Numbered from the stretch's first letter, positions 50,194 to 62,350 are shown. The stretch is DNA of 64,000 nucleotides from Squalus acanthias (GCA_030390025.1 JASTWF010000351.1:372001-436000); one strand, 5' to 3'. Made by a program: numbers and translations. Notes: generated by a model not told the origin, from the sequence alone.

Positions 50194-50673
50194 TTTATTA
50201 AGTTTCATTTAAAGTTTTAATTTGATTTACAGTAAATTTGGGTTCAACCAAAAAGATCAACACCAGGTTATAGTCCAACAGCTTTATTTGAAATCACAAG
50301 CTTTTGGAGCACTGCTCCTTCGTCAGGTGAAGTGAAGAGATGCATATAGGCACAGCATATATAGTCAGAGAACACTGCCAGATGATTACAGTTAATCTTT
50401 CTAACTGCCCTTTATCACACCTCGGCAGAGAGATAATCACGGCAATCAAAGGTGTGGATGGTGTCCAAACAGGTCAGTCAGGAAAACATTACATCAAAGA
50501 CAATGAGGTGGGGTCACAAGGGGTCAAATGTGGCAGATGCTGCGGTCCACACCTTTGATTGCCGTGATTATCTCTCTGCCGAGGTGTGATAAAGGGTACT
50601 TAGAAAGATTAACTGTAATCATCTGGCAGTGTTCTCTGACTATATATGCTGTGCCTATATGCATCTCTTCACT

Positions 50674-50710
50674 TCACCTGACGAAGGAGCAGCGCTCCGA
50701 AAGCTTATGA
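50674..50710 (+). ncRNA. Minimal hammerhead motif (PLE family B)
   Basis: tcac-CTGACGA-a-ggagc(agc)gctcc-GAAA-GC-TT-atga; the first stem I pair is mismatched. Confidence 0.7.
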
Positions 50711-50758
50711 TTTCAAATAAACCTGTTGGACTATAACGTGGTGTTGTGCGACTTCTCA

Positions 50759-50945
50759 CAATAGTTTGGGAGTGTGCGGATTGTGTGAACACATCCAGCC
50801 CGCAGCGAGTCTGGTGCTGCCCGGGGAGCTGGCCAAGTGCGCTGTGTCGGAAGGGACAATGGCGGTGGCCATTGCAAATAAATTTCACAACGCACTGAAA
50901 AAGCATAAAACAAAAGCAGCAGCTCTTTTAAGAGGAAACCACAGC
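50759..50945 (+). pseudogene. H2B: Histone H2B 3' relic (paralog of 16701-16885)
   Basis: IQPAASLVLPGELAKCAVSEGT and a degenerate stem-loop. Confidence 0.8.
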
Positions 50946-51566
50946 ATTAATTTAGTCGAATTATTCATTCCGGCCATCGTCCTTTTATAGAATCACAGAA
51001 CATTAATGTGAGCACGGGTTTTTGTCTGTAACTATCAGTTACTGGTCTGTGAATGTGGGCTTTATTCTGTACCTGTCTATTTCTGGTATGGAAGAGTTGG
51101 TAAAATGCAATAGCTCTCAGTCTCTAGTATGTGAGTGTGGGTTTATTTTTTATCACGAGGTCTCTGGTGTGTGAGTGTGGATTTTCTCTGTATCGTTCAA
51201 ACTCTGGGATGTGAGTGTGTGTTTTATTCTATAGCTGTCTGTCTCTGGGATGTGTGTGTGGTTTTTTTAAATCCGTATATTATATGTGGGCGTCGCTGGC
51301 AAGACCAGCATTTATTGCCCAACCCTAATTGCCCTCAAGAAGGCGGTGGTGAGTCGCCTTCTTGAACCGCTGCAGTCCGTGTGGTGAAGTTACTCCCACA
51401 ATGCTGTTAGGGAGGAAGTATGTGAGTGGGGTTTTGTCCTGTACCTGTCAGCTTCTGGTATGTGAGTGGGGTTTTGTCCTGTACCTGTCAGTTTCTAGTA
51501 TGTGAGTGGTGTTTTGTCCTGTACCTGTCAGTTTCTGTTATGTGAGAGTCGGTTTTACTCTGTATC

Positions 51567-52454
51567 TCATGGGATGAGAGTGCATAGTATGCTTTGAAGG
51601 TCTGGATCGAAGGTCTTGATCAGTCTACTGAGTTGGCGGGTGTGTTCTTTGGTCGGATCTGCGGGTAATTGTCTGTAGTGTTCCTTGTTGTCCAGTTGTC
51701 GGTATGCTTCTTTGCAATAGTCCATTCTGTTCTGTATGACGATGGCTCCTCCTTTGTCCGCTGGTTTGATGACGATGTTGCGGAGTGTTACCTCCCAGTC
51801 GGGGAACACTTCAGCAGTCAAGGACATTCAGCCTCCGATCTTCAGGTAAGCGTTCTCCAAGGCGGCCTTCGAGACACACAACAATGCAAAATCATCAAGC
51901 AGAAACTGATAGCCAAGTTCCGCGCCCATGAGGACGGCCTCAACTAGGATCTTGGGTTCATGTCATGCTACATGTAACCCCACCTGACGCAGAGTCATCC
52001 AGACTCAAGTCGTCACTGGCTTGTTCTCTCTACACAGATGCGGCCGGTCCTGCTGTAATTTCCAGCAAAAAAAGGTAAAAAATCCATACAGACTCCAGCA
52101 TCTGGTACATTTGACCCCTTGTGACCCCACCTCATTGTCTTTGTTGTATTTTGCTATCGTCTTTGATGTAATGTCTTCCTGACTGACCTGGTTGGACACC
52201 ATCCACACCTTTGATTGCCGTGATTGTCTCTCTGCCAATGTGTGATAAAGGGCAGTTAGAAAGATTAACTGTAGTCGTCTGGCATTGTTCTCTGACTATA
52301 TATGCTGTGCCCATATGTATTTCTTCACTTCACCTGACGAAGGAGCAGCACTCCGAAAGCTAGTGTTTTCAAATAAAGCTGTTGGACTATAACCTGGTGT
52401 TGTGCGACTTCTCACTTTTGTCCACCCCAGTCCAACACCGGCATCTCCGCATCA
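51567..52454 (+). mobile_element. PLE family B 3' fragment with an inverted RT piece
   Basis: 51567-51788 on minus encodes IVIKPADKGGAIV; 51789-51975 on plus encodes a GIY-YIG C-terminus (LPVGEHFS...LIAKFRAHEDGLN). The 3' terminus matches the family B repeats. Confidence 0.88.
52331..52365 (+). ncRNA. Minimal hammerhead motif (PLE family B)
   Basis: cac-CTGACGA-a-ggag(cagca)ctcc-GAAA-GC-TA-gtg. Confidence 0.75.
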
Positions 52455-52459
52455 GTGTT

Positions 52460-53120
52460 TAAAGCGACAGGAAGGGCCCCAGCGGGCTCCCCTCCCCCAG
52501 CTCTGCCAGCGGGGGCCGTTTCCTCTGTGCTCGACTGATGATCGCTGAACACATCAGGGAGCGGAGATATCACGGGCCCGAGTAAGGGAGCAAACAGCAG
52601 CCTCCTCACAGCAGCACATCGCACTGGGACTGTGTCCGCAGATGGGCTTTGAGTCAGGGTAAGTTCAGCGGCAGCCGGGGGCTCTTTGTAAAAGGCAGAG
52701 TGGAACAGGAACTAGTTCTGGAACATGGAATGAGTGGGGGAAGGGAGAGACCATTCTCGGGCTGTGTGTGGACAGTGTAAGGTAACAGAGAAAGTAAATC
52801 ACCTCGCACTTTCAAATCATTGCTGCTTTCTTCATCCAAATCAGTAGTGAATGTTCATGCTTCAGTTCCAATCTCACCGTGTCTGTTGTTCTTGGACAGT
52901 GAACCGTGGAAACATATTCTGACTGTGAGGTTGTGAGCCGTTTCACAAAGTGCATCTATTACAGGCAGCAGGTGAGAAGTCTGAAAGAACACATTTCAAA
53001 AATCGGTTATTTTGTTTCGGTGCGTTGAGTTCTCCAGAACCCTGTTGCTGGTGATCGAGAGATACATTGTCGCTCCCTCAGATACATCAGAATCCGGGCT
53101 CTGTGACATTCTGTTAATAC
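52460..53120 (-). repeat. Unclassified ~650-bp segment with an inverted copy at ~62780-63430 and a partial copy at 62068-62200
   Basis: Reverse-complement homology; for example the ORF-track peptides at 52839(-) and 63075(+) align. Confidence 0.8.
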
Positions 53121-53124
53121 ATAA

Positions 53125-54380
53125 TACAGTCAGCAGAGTCAGCATGGTGTTATGAAAGGGAAATCATATTTGACAAATTTTCTGGAGTTCTTTGATGATG
53201 CAATGAGCTGGGTGGATAAAGGGGAACCAGTAGATGTAGTGTATTTGGATTTCCAGAAGGCATTCATTAAGGTGCCACATAAAAGGTTACTGCACATGAT
53301 AAGAGCTTACAGGGTTGGGGGTAATATATTAGCATGGATAGAGGATTGGCTAACGAACAGGAAACAGAGAGTCGGGATAAATAGGTAATTTTCCGGTTGG
53401 CAGATTGTAACTAGTGGGGCGCCACAGGGATCAGTGCTAGGGCCTCAACTCTTTACAATCTATAGTAATGACTTAGATGAAGGGACCAAGTGTAATGTAG
53501 CCAAATTTGCTGATGACACAAAGAGAGGTGGGAAAGCAAGTTGTGAAGAGGACACAAAGAATCTGCAAAGGGATATAAATAGTCTAAGTGAGTGGTCAAA
53601 GTATTGGCAGATGGAGTATAATGTGGGAAAATGTGAGGTTATCCACTTTGGTAGAAAAAATAAAAAAGCAAATTATTATTTATACATAGATACATAGAAG
53701 ATAGGAGCAGGAGTAGGCCATCCGGCCCTTCGAGCCTGCTCCGCCATTTAATGAGATCATGGCTGATCCTTCAATTCAGTATCCCGTCCCCGCCTTCTCT
53801 CCGTAACCCTTAACCCCTTTTGCCTGTAGAAATATATCTAATTCCCTCTTAAATATATTTAATGAGCTGGCGTACACTGCCCTCTGTGGCAATGAGTTCC
53901 ACAGGTTCACCACTCTCTGAGTGAAGAAATTCCCCCTCATTTCTGTCCTAAATGGTTTAGCCCTTATCCTTAAATTATGTCCTCTAGTTCTGTTCTCACC
54001 CGCCAAGGGAAACATTCCTTCTGCATCTAATCTGTCTAGACCTGTCAGAATTTTATACACTTCTATGAGGTCCCCTCTCAATCTTCTAAACTCCAGTGTG
54101 TACATCCCTAAACTACATAGTCTCTCCTCATAGGTCAATCCCGCCATTCCTGGTATCAGCCTGGTGAATCGCCGCTGCACCCCCTCCATGGCAAGAACAT
54201 CCTTCCTCAGATGAGGCGACCAAAACTGTACACAGTACTCGAGGTGTGGTCTCACCAGTGCCCTGTACAGCTGCAGCAAGGTATCCCTGTTCCTGTATTC
54301 CAACCCTTTAAATGGAGAGAGATTACAAAATGCTGAAGTACAGAGGGATCTGGGGGTCCTTGCACATGAAACACAAAGAC
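53125..54380 (+). mobile_element. CR1 RT fragment (host) interrupted by an antisense CR1
   Basis: YLDFQKAF and FADDTK; NYYL/NGERLQN is split at ~53682/54311. Confidence 0.88.
53683..54308 (-). mobile_element. CR1 3' fragment, nested antisense
   Basis: KGLEYRNRD...GYGEKAGTGY plus tail; possible short TSD ttta. Confidence 0.9.
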
Positions 54381-54755
54381 CAGTGTAGGGAGCGGAGAGA
54401 GCAGCAGCACAGTGAGTAGTTAAACTCACTTTCACGGGCTTTTTTCCAGAGGCCAGTGTCGGGAGTGGAGAGAGCAGCAGCACAGTGAGTATATAAACTC
54501 ACTTTCGCGTGCTTTTTTCCAGAGGCCAGTGTCGGGAGCGGAGAGAGCAGCAGCACAGTGAATAGTTAAACTCACTTTCGCGGGCTTTTTTACAGAGGCC
54601 AGTGTCGGGAGCGGAGAGAGCAGCAGCACAGTGAGTATATAAACTCACTTTCGCGTGCTTTTTTCCAGAGGCCAGTGTCGGGAGCGGAGAGAGCAGCAGC
54701 ACAGTGAGTAGTTAAACTCACTTTCGTGGGCTTTTTACAGAGGCCAGTGTCGGGA
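54380..54755 (+). repeat. Five 73-bp tandem monomers in the CR1 5' UTR
   Basis: Unit ccagtgtcgggagcggagagagcagcagcacagtgagt(agt/ata)taaactcactttcgcg...ttttccagagg with period 73. Confidence 0.93.
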
Positions 54756-57700
54756 TAGGGCCCTTGAGTATATCATTTAATTGAAGTGAAATTGGTGTGA
54801 TTCATTTAATTTAATTTTAATTAATTAATTAAAGGGCAATTCATGGCAGGAGAGCTCCGCCCCGTGATATGCTCCTCCTGCTATATGTGGGAAATCAGGG
54901 ACGCTTCCTGTGTCCCTGACGACCATGTGTGTGGGAAGTGTATCCAGCTGCAGCTTCTGATCGACCGCATTGCGGCGCTGGAGCCGTGGATGGATACATA
55001 TTGGAGCATTTGCGATGCTGAGAACGTCGTGGATACCACGTATAGCGAGTTGGTCACACCGCAGGTAAAGGGTGTACAGGCAGGAAGTGAATAGGTGACC
55101 ACCAGGCAGAGTAAGAGGTGCAGGCAGGTAGTGCAGGGGTCCCTTGTGGCCATCCCCCTCTCAAACAGATATACCACTTTGGATACTGTTGGGGGGGGAA
55201 GACTTATCAGGGGAAGGCAGCAGCAGCCAACTTCCTAGCACCATGGGTGGCTCTGCTGCACAGGCTGGGAGGAAAAAGTGTGGAAGAGCGATAGTGATAG
55301 GGAACTCAAATGTAAGGGGAATAGATCGGCGTTTCTGCGGCCGCAAACGAGACTCCAGGATGGTGTGTTGCCTCCCTAGTGCAAGGGTCAAGGATGTCTC
55401 AGAGCAGCTACAGAACACTTTGGAGGGGGAGGGCGAACAGCCAGTTGTCGTGGTGCACATAGGCATCAACGATATAGGTAAAAAACGGGATGAGGTCCTA
55501 AAAGCAGAATAGAGGGAGTTAGGAGGTAAATTAAAAAATAGGACCTCAAAGGTCGTAATCTCAGGATTGCTACCAGTGCCACGTGCTAGTCAGAGTAGAA
55601 ATAGGAGGATATTTCAAATGAATACGTGGCTAGAGGAATGGTGCAAGGGGGAGGGATTCAAATTCCTTGGACATTGGAACCGGTTCTGGTGGAGGTGGGA
55701 CCAGTACAAACGGGAAGGTCTGCACCTGGGCAGGGCCAGGACCGATGTCCAAGCGGGAGTGTTTGCTAGTGCTGTTGGGGAGGGTTTAAACTACAGTGGC
55801 AGGGGGTTGGGAACCTGAGCAGGGAGACAGAGGAAAGGGAAACAAGGATAAAAGCTAAAGACAGAAGGAGAAAAACAAAAGTAGAAGGCAAAGAACTCAA
55901 CGGTTTAAATCAAACATGGCCACAGTAAATAATAATTCATATAGGTCTGAGAGCGTTAAAAAAACAAGCCTGAATGCTTTGTGTCTTAATGCAAGGAGCA
56001 TTCGGAACAAGGTGGATGAATTCGCTGTGCAAATAGAGGTAAATGAATACGATTTGATTGGGATTACAGAAACATGGCTCCAGGGTGGCCAAGGCTGGGA
56101 ACTCAACACCCAGGGGTATTCAATATTTAGGAAAGATAGGCAAAAAAGAAAGGGAGGTGGGGTAGCATTGCTGGTTAAAGAGGGGATTAACAAAATTGGA
56201 AGGAAGGATATTAGCTCTGATAATGCAGAATCTGTATGGGTAGAACTGAGAAATAACAAGGGGCAGAAAACGTTAGTGGGAGTGGTATATAGACCTCCAA
56301 ACAGTAATACGGAGGTTGGGGACGGCATTAAAAGGGAAATTAGAGAAGCATGCAGTAAGGGCACAGCAGTCATCATGGGTAACTTTAATTTACATATAGA
56401 TTGGGCTAACCAAATTAGTAAAAATACTGTGGAGGAGGAATTCCTAGAATGTTTACGGGATGGTTTTCTGGAACAATATGTCGAGGAACCAACCAGAGAT
56501 CAGGCCATCTTAGACTGGGTATTATGTAACGAGAAAGGATTGATTAGCAATCTTGTTGTACGAGGCCCCTTGGGTCAGAGTGATCATAATATGATAGAAT
56601 TCTTCATTGGGATGGAGAGTGAAGAAGTTGAATCAGAGACTAGGGTCCTGAATTTAAATAAAGGAAACTACGATGGTATGAGGCGCAAATTGGGTAGGAT
56701 TGATTGGGGAATGTCACACAAAGGGTTGACGATGGATAGGCAATGGCAAACATTCAAAGACTGCATGGATGAACTACAGAATTTGTTCATCCCAGTGTGG
56801 CATAAGAATAAAACAAAAAGGGTGACTCAACCGTGGCTAACAAGGGAAATTACGGATAGCATACGATCCAAGGAGAGGGCATATAAATTGGCCAGAAAAA
56901 GCGGTAACCCTGAGGATTGGGAGCAGTTTAGGATTCAACAAAGGAGGACAAAGGGATTGATTAAGAAGGGGAAAATAGAATATGAAAGTAAGCTAGCAAG
57001 GAATATAAAAACTGACTGTAAGAGCTTTTGTAGATATGTGAAGAGAAAAAGATTAGTGAAATCAAGTGTAGGTCCCTTGCAGTCAGAAGCGGAGGAAGTT
57101 ATAATGGGGAATAAAGAAATGCCAATTAAATGCATATTTTGGTTCTGTCTTCACAAAGGAGGACACAAATAACCTCCCAGAGATGTTGGAGAACATAGGG
57201 TCTGATGAAAGGGAGGAACTGAAAGAAATCAGTATTTGCAGGGAAATGGTTTTAGGGAAATTGATGGGATTGAAGGCCGATAAATCCCCAGGGCCTAATA
57301 ATCTACATCCTAGGGTACTTAAGGAAGTGGCCCTAGAAATAGTAGATGCATTGCTGATCATCTTCCAACATTCGATGGAATCTGGAACTGTACCCATGGA
57401 TTGGAGGGTAGCTAATGTTAGCCCACTATTCAAAAATGGTGGTAGAGAGAAAGTGGGGAATTACATACCGGTAAGCCTGACATCGGTAGTGGGGAAAATG
57501 CTAGAGTCCATTATAAAGGATGTAATAGCTGAGCACTTGAAAAACAGTGACAGGATCGTACAAAGTCAACATGGATTTACAAAAGGTAAATCGTGCTTGA
57601 CTAATCTACTGGAATTTTTTGAGGATGTAACTGGGAAAATAGATAAGGGAGAACCAGTAGATGTGGTGCATTTGGACTATCAAAAGGCTTTCGATAAGGT

Positions 57701-58860
57701 CCCGCATAAGAGATTAGCATGTAAAGTTAAGGCACATGTGATAGGGGGCAAGGTATTGACTTGGATAGAGAACTGGTTGGCGGACAGAAAGCAGAGAGTA
57801 GGAATTAATGGGTCTTTTTCCGAGTGGCAGGCAGTGACCAGTGGGGTACCGCAGGGTTCGGTCCTTGGACCCCAGCTATTCACAATATACATTAATGATC
57901 TAGATAAGGGAACTAAATGTAGTATCTCCAAGTTTGCAGATGACACAAAGCTGGGTGGGCATGTGTGCTGCGAGGAGGATACTGAGAAACTCCAGGATGA
58001 TTTGGACAGTTTGGGTGAGTGGGCAGAAGCGTGGCAGATGCAATATAACGTGGATAAATGCGAGGTTATCCACTTTGGTATCAAAAACAGAAAGGCAGAC
58101 TATTATCTGAATGGCAATAGATTGGGAGAAGGGGAAGTGCAACGAGACCTGGGTGTCCTTGTGCACCAGTTGCTGAAGGTAAGCATGCAGGTGCAGCAGG
58201 CGGTGAAGAAGGCAAATGGTATGTTGGCCTTCATAGCGAAAAGGTTTGAGTATAGGAACAGGGATGTCCTGCTGCAGTTGTACAGGGCCTTGGTGAGACC
58301 ACACCTTGAGTACTGTGTGCAGTTTTGGTCGCCTTATCTGAGGAAGGATGTTCTTGCCATGGAAGGAGTTCAGCGAAGATTCACAAGGCTGTTACCTGGG
58401 ATGGCTGGAATAAAATATGAGGAGAGATTGGGTCGATTGGGCTTATACTCGCTGGAGTATAAAAGAATGAGAGGGGATCTCATCGAAACATATAAAATTC
58501 TGACAGGTCTGGACAAACTAGATGCAGGAAGAATGTTACCGATGGTCGGAGAGCCCAGAACCAGGGGTCATAATCTAAGGATAAGGGGTAAGCCATTTGG
58601 GACAGATATGAGGAAGAATTTCTTCACCCAGAGAGTGGTGAACCTGTGGAATTCTCTACCACAGAAGGTAGTTGAGGCCAAGTCATTAAATATATTCAAG
58701 AATGAGTTAGATATATTTCTTAAAGCTAAAGGTATCAAGGGATATGGGGAGAAGGCAGGTACAGGGTACTGAGTTTGGATGATCAGCCATGATCTCATCG
58801 AATGGCGGAGGAGGCTCGAGGGGCCGAATGGCCTACTCCTGCTCCTATCTTCTATGTTTC
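54380..58860 (+). mobile_element. Full-length but inactivated CR1 LINE
   Basis: 5' tandem monomers. ORF1 (54843-55818; CSSC/CGKC, esterase-like) has stops and a frameshift. ORF2 (55916-58772) is frameshifted by a 5-nt deletion near 57121 relative to 6221-6240. CR1 tail present. Confidence 0.93.
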
Positions 58861-58864
58861 TGTG

Positions 58865-61800
58865 TGATTGTGGGTTTTATGCTACAACTTGCTGTTTCTG
58901 ATTTGTGATTGTGAATTTTACTCTGCATCAATCAGTCTCTGTTTTGTGAATGTGGGTTCGATTCTGTACCCATCGATCTCTGATATGCGAGTACTCGTTT
59001 TACTCAGTACCAGTCAGTTTCTGATACATGAGTGTGGGTTTTCCTTTCTACCTGTCAATTTCTGCTGTGGAAGAAAAGGTTCACTCCAAATCTGTAAGTT
59101 TCTCGTTCGTGAGTGCGGGTTTTTGTCTTTATCTCTCAGTCTATGTTATGTGAGTGTCTTTTTCACTATCTTCTTTTTCTGCTAAGCAAAGGTATGTTTT
59201 ATTATGTACCTGTCAGCTTCTGGTATGTGAGTGTGGATTTCTTCTGTATCAGTCAGTCACATGTGAGTGAGTGTGAGTTTATTCTGTCTCTGTCAGTTTC
59301 TGGTATCTGAGTGTGCATTTTTCTTTGTATCTGTCAGTGTGTGGATTGTGAGGACGGGCTTTATTCTGTACATTTTCCTTTCTTGTATGTGTGAGTAGGT
59401 TGTATTCTGTACTTTTTAGTTTCTTTTGTATGTGTGAGGATTTGAATCAATACCTGCTTGTTTCTGTGATGTGAGTGTGAGTTTTACAATGTGTCTGTTA
59501 GTCTCTGATATGTGATTGTGGGACTTACTCTTTATCTCTCAGTCTTTGGTGTGTGAGTGTGGTTTTACTCTTGTATATGTCATACTCTGGGATGTGAGTG
59601 TGTGTTTTACTCTGTCTCTGTCATACTCTGGGATGTGTTTGTGGGTTTTGCTCAGTATCTGTCATACTCTGGGATGTGTGTGTGGGTTTTACACTATATC
59701 TGTCATACTCTGGGATGTGTGTGTGGGTTTTACTCTGTATCTGTTAGTCTTTGGTGTGCAAAGGTGGATTTTACTATATATCTGTCAGTTTCTGTTTTCA
59801 GAGTGCCAGGTTTAAATCTTTACCTTTCAGTTTCTGGCATGGAAGTGTGTGTGGTCATTCTGTACCTGACAGTCTCTGGTGTGTGAGTGTGGCTTTATTA
59901 TATATCTGTGACCGAATGGCCTACTCCTGCTTCTAATGCTTATATCTCTGGGATGTGAGTGTGGGTTTTTGTCTGTAATATTCAGTTTCTGCCACGTGTG
60001 TGTGTGTTTCACTCTGTACCTCTCTGTCCCTGCGATGTGAGTGAGCGTTTTTCTTTGTAACAGTCAGTATCTAGTATGTGAATGTAAGCTTTATATTGTA
60101 CCTGTGGTTTCTGGTATGTGTGAGTGTGTTGTTTTATATATCTGTCAGTTTCTGTTATATGATTGAAGATTTTACTTTTCCCTGACAGTCTCTGGTATGT
60201 GAGTATGGGTTTTCCTCTGTCTCGACGCAGAGGGATTTGAGTGTCCTTTTACACGAATCGCAGAAAGTTAACATGTAGGTACAATTAGAATGGTAAATGG
60301 TATGTTAGCATTTATTGCAAAGGGGTTGCAGTAAATGTATAAGTATGTGTTGCTGCAATTATATAGGCCTTTGGTTATACCATAACTAGAGTACTTTGCA
60401 CATTTTGATCTCCTTATCTGAGGTTGGATATACATGCTTTAGAGGGGCTGTATCAAATGTTCACGAGATTGATTCCTAGGCTGTCCTATGAGGAGAGATT
60501 GATTTTAATGGGCAGATATTCTCTGGAGTTTAGAAGAATGAGAGGTGATCACATTGAATCATTTCAAATTCTTAGAGTGCTTGACAGGGGTAGATGCTGC
60601 AAGGCTGTTTCCCCTGGCAGGAGAGTCTAGAACTAGGGGCCATAGTCTCATCATAAGGTGTCGGACAATTAGGACTGAGTTGATGAGAAATATATCCACT
60701 CAGAGTGTTGTGAATCTTTGGAATTCTCTACTGCATGGGGCTGTGGATGCTCAGTCGATGAGTGTATTCAAAACTGAGATAATAGATGTTTGGGCACTAG
60801 GGAATCAAGGGAATAGGGATAGGTTGGGAAATTGGAGTTCTGGTAGAAGTTCAGATATGATCTTATTGAATTTCTGAGCAATCTTGAGGGGCTTTATAAC
60901 TATTTCATATTTTGTTATAGCTGAAAGTCTCTTGGATGTGATTGTGGATTTTATTCTGTATCTGTCAGTCTCTTGAATGTGAGTGTTGTTATATTTCACT
61001 ATCTTCAGTTTCTGGTATGCAAATGTTGGATTTATTATGCACCTGTGATCTTGTGGTATGTGAATTTCACTCTGTATCTGACAGTCTCTGGTATGTGAGT
61101 GTGAGTTTCACTCTGTACCTGACAGTCTCTGGTATGTGAATGTGAGTTTCACTCTGTATCTGACAGTCTCTGGTATGTGAGTGTGGGTTTTATACTGTAC
61201 CTGTCAATTTCTGTTGTAAGAGTAAGGGTTTTATTCAGTACCTGTCAATTTCTGGGATGGGAGTGTGGAATTTAGACTGCATCTATAAGTCACTGGTTTG
61301 TGGGTAATGGCATTCATCTGTCTCTGTTATTCTCTGGTGTCTGAGTTTTGTTGTCCCTTTTATCGTTCAGAGTCTGGAGTGTGAGTGTGGGCTGTACTCT
61401 GTGCCTATCAGTCTCTGGGATTTTATTCTTTATCTGTCAGCTTCTGCTGTGTGAGTGTGGGTTTCACTCTGTACCATTCTGACTCTTGTATGGGAGTGTC
61501 GTGTGATCTCTGTAAATGTCAGATTCTAGTACGTGAGTGGGGATTTATGCTGTATCTGTCAGTTTCTGTTATATGAGTAAGGTTTTAATCAGTCGCTGCC
61601 TATTACTGGTATGGGAGTGTCGATTTTAGTCTGTATCTGCCCGTCTATGCTTGTGTGTGTGGGTTTCACCCTGTACCTGTCACTCTCTGGGATGTGAGTG
61701 CGAGTTTCACCCTGTATCTGTCAATCTCTTTTAATTGAGTTTTGATTTTATCTATAGCTGTCAGCCTGGTATGCGAATGTGGGTTTTACCCTATAGCTAT

Positions 61801-62065
61801 CTGTCTCTAGGATGTGTTTTTGGATTTTACTCTCACTCAGTTTCCAGTATATGGAAGTAGTGTTTTGTCTGTACCTGTCAGTTTCTGGTGTGATTGTGGA
61901 TTTTACTTTGTACCTGTCTGTCTCTGCTTTGTGAATGTGGGCTTTATTCTGTAGCTGTCGGTTCTGCTACTGTTTGTGAGTGTGGGATTGATTCTGTATC
62001 TCTTAGACTGGTAATGAATGTGAGTGTGAGAATTATTATGTAATTGACATTCTCTTGTATTGTAC
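58865..62065 (+). repeat. Degenerate satellite block with decayed CR1; direct paralog of 2480-5277 plus 7979-8380
   Basis: Colinear monomer variants and a shared old CR1 fragment (60228-60915). Lacks the insertions at 3591 and 5278. Confidence 0.85.
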
Positions 62066-62204
62066 AAGTTGAGGGCCTGAATATTTAACAGAATGTCTCA
62101 GAGCCCGGATCCTGATGTATCTGAGGGAGCCACAATGTATCTCTCGATCACCAGCAACACGGTTCTGGAGAACTCAACGCACCCAAACGAAATAACCAAC
62201 CAGG

Positions 62205-62350
62205 AAATAATTACAGTAAACTGAGAAAAAAACAGCAAAATCAGTCGAAAGGGACAGGCTTTTGTGTAGCTCGTTCAGAGAGGTTGTGGGTGGCTCTTAA
62301 AAGAGCCGTTGTGTTTTGAGTTTGTTCTTTCAGGACAGCGTGGAGTTTTA
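62205..62350 (-). pseudogene. Orphan H2B 3' UTR and stem-loop without a CDS
   Basis: Reverse complement of ~32568-32695; stem-loop at 62292-62307. Confidence 0.85.

Larger units (their letters stand above)
43057..50257 (+). mobile_element. Full-length Tx1-clade (L1 group) non-LTR retrotransposon with both ORFs intact
   Basis: ~1 kb 5' UTR, ORF1, ORF2, and a short 3' UTR ending aaaaagat. Flanked by an exact 33-bp direct repeat (43024-43056 and 50261-50293). Confidence 0.92.
42969..50760. mobile_element. PLE family B fold-back element split by the Tx1 insertion (pieces 42969-43056 and 50258-50760)
   Basis: TSD caatagtttggga at 42956-42968 and 50759-50771. Inverted arms 50258-50458 and 50546-50760, each with a hammerhead-like motif. 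Confidence 0.88.
42147..51480 (+). repeat. Segmental duplicate of 12626-17420 carrying a different insertion
   Basis: 42147-42968 matches 12626-13444 and 50759-51480 matches 16702-17420. Confidence 0.9.

Noticed and set aside
50295..50332. Active hammerhead on the minus strand
   Set aside because: The catalytic GAAA is mutated to AAAA.
53776..54483. 235-aa ORF as a novel fusion protein
   Set aside because: Chance read-through across three adjacent CR1 pieces in mixed orientation.
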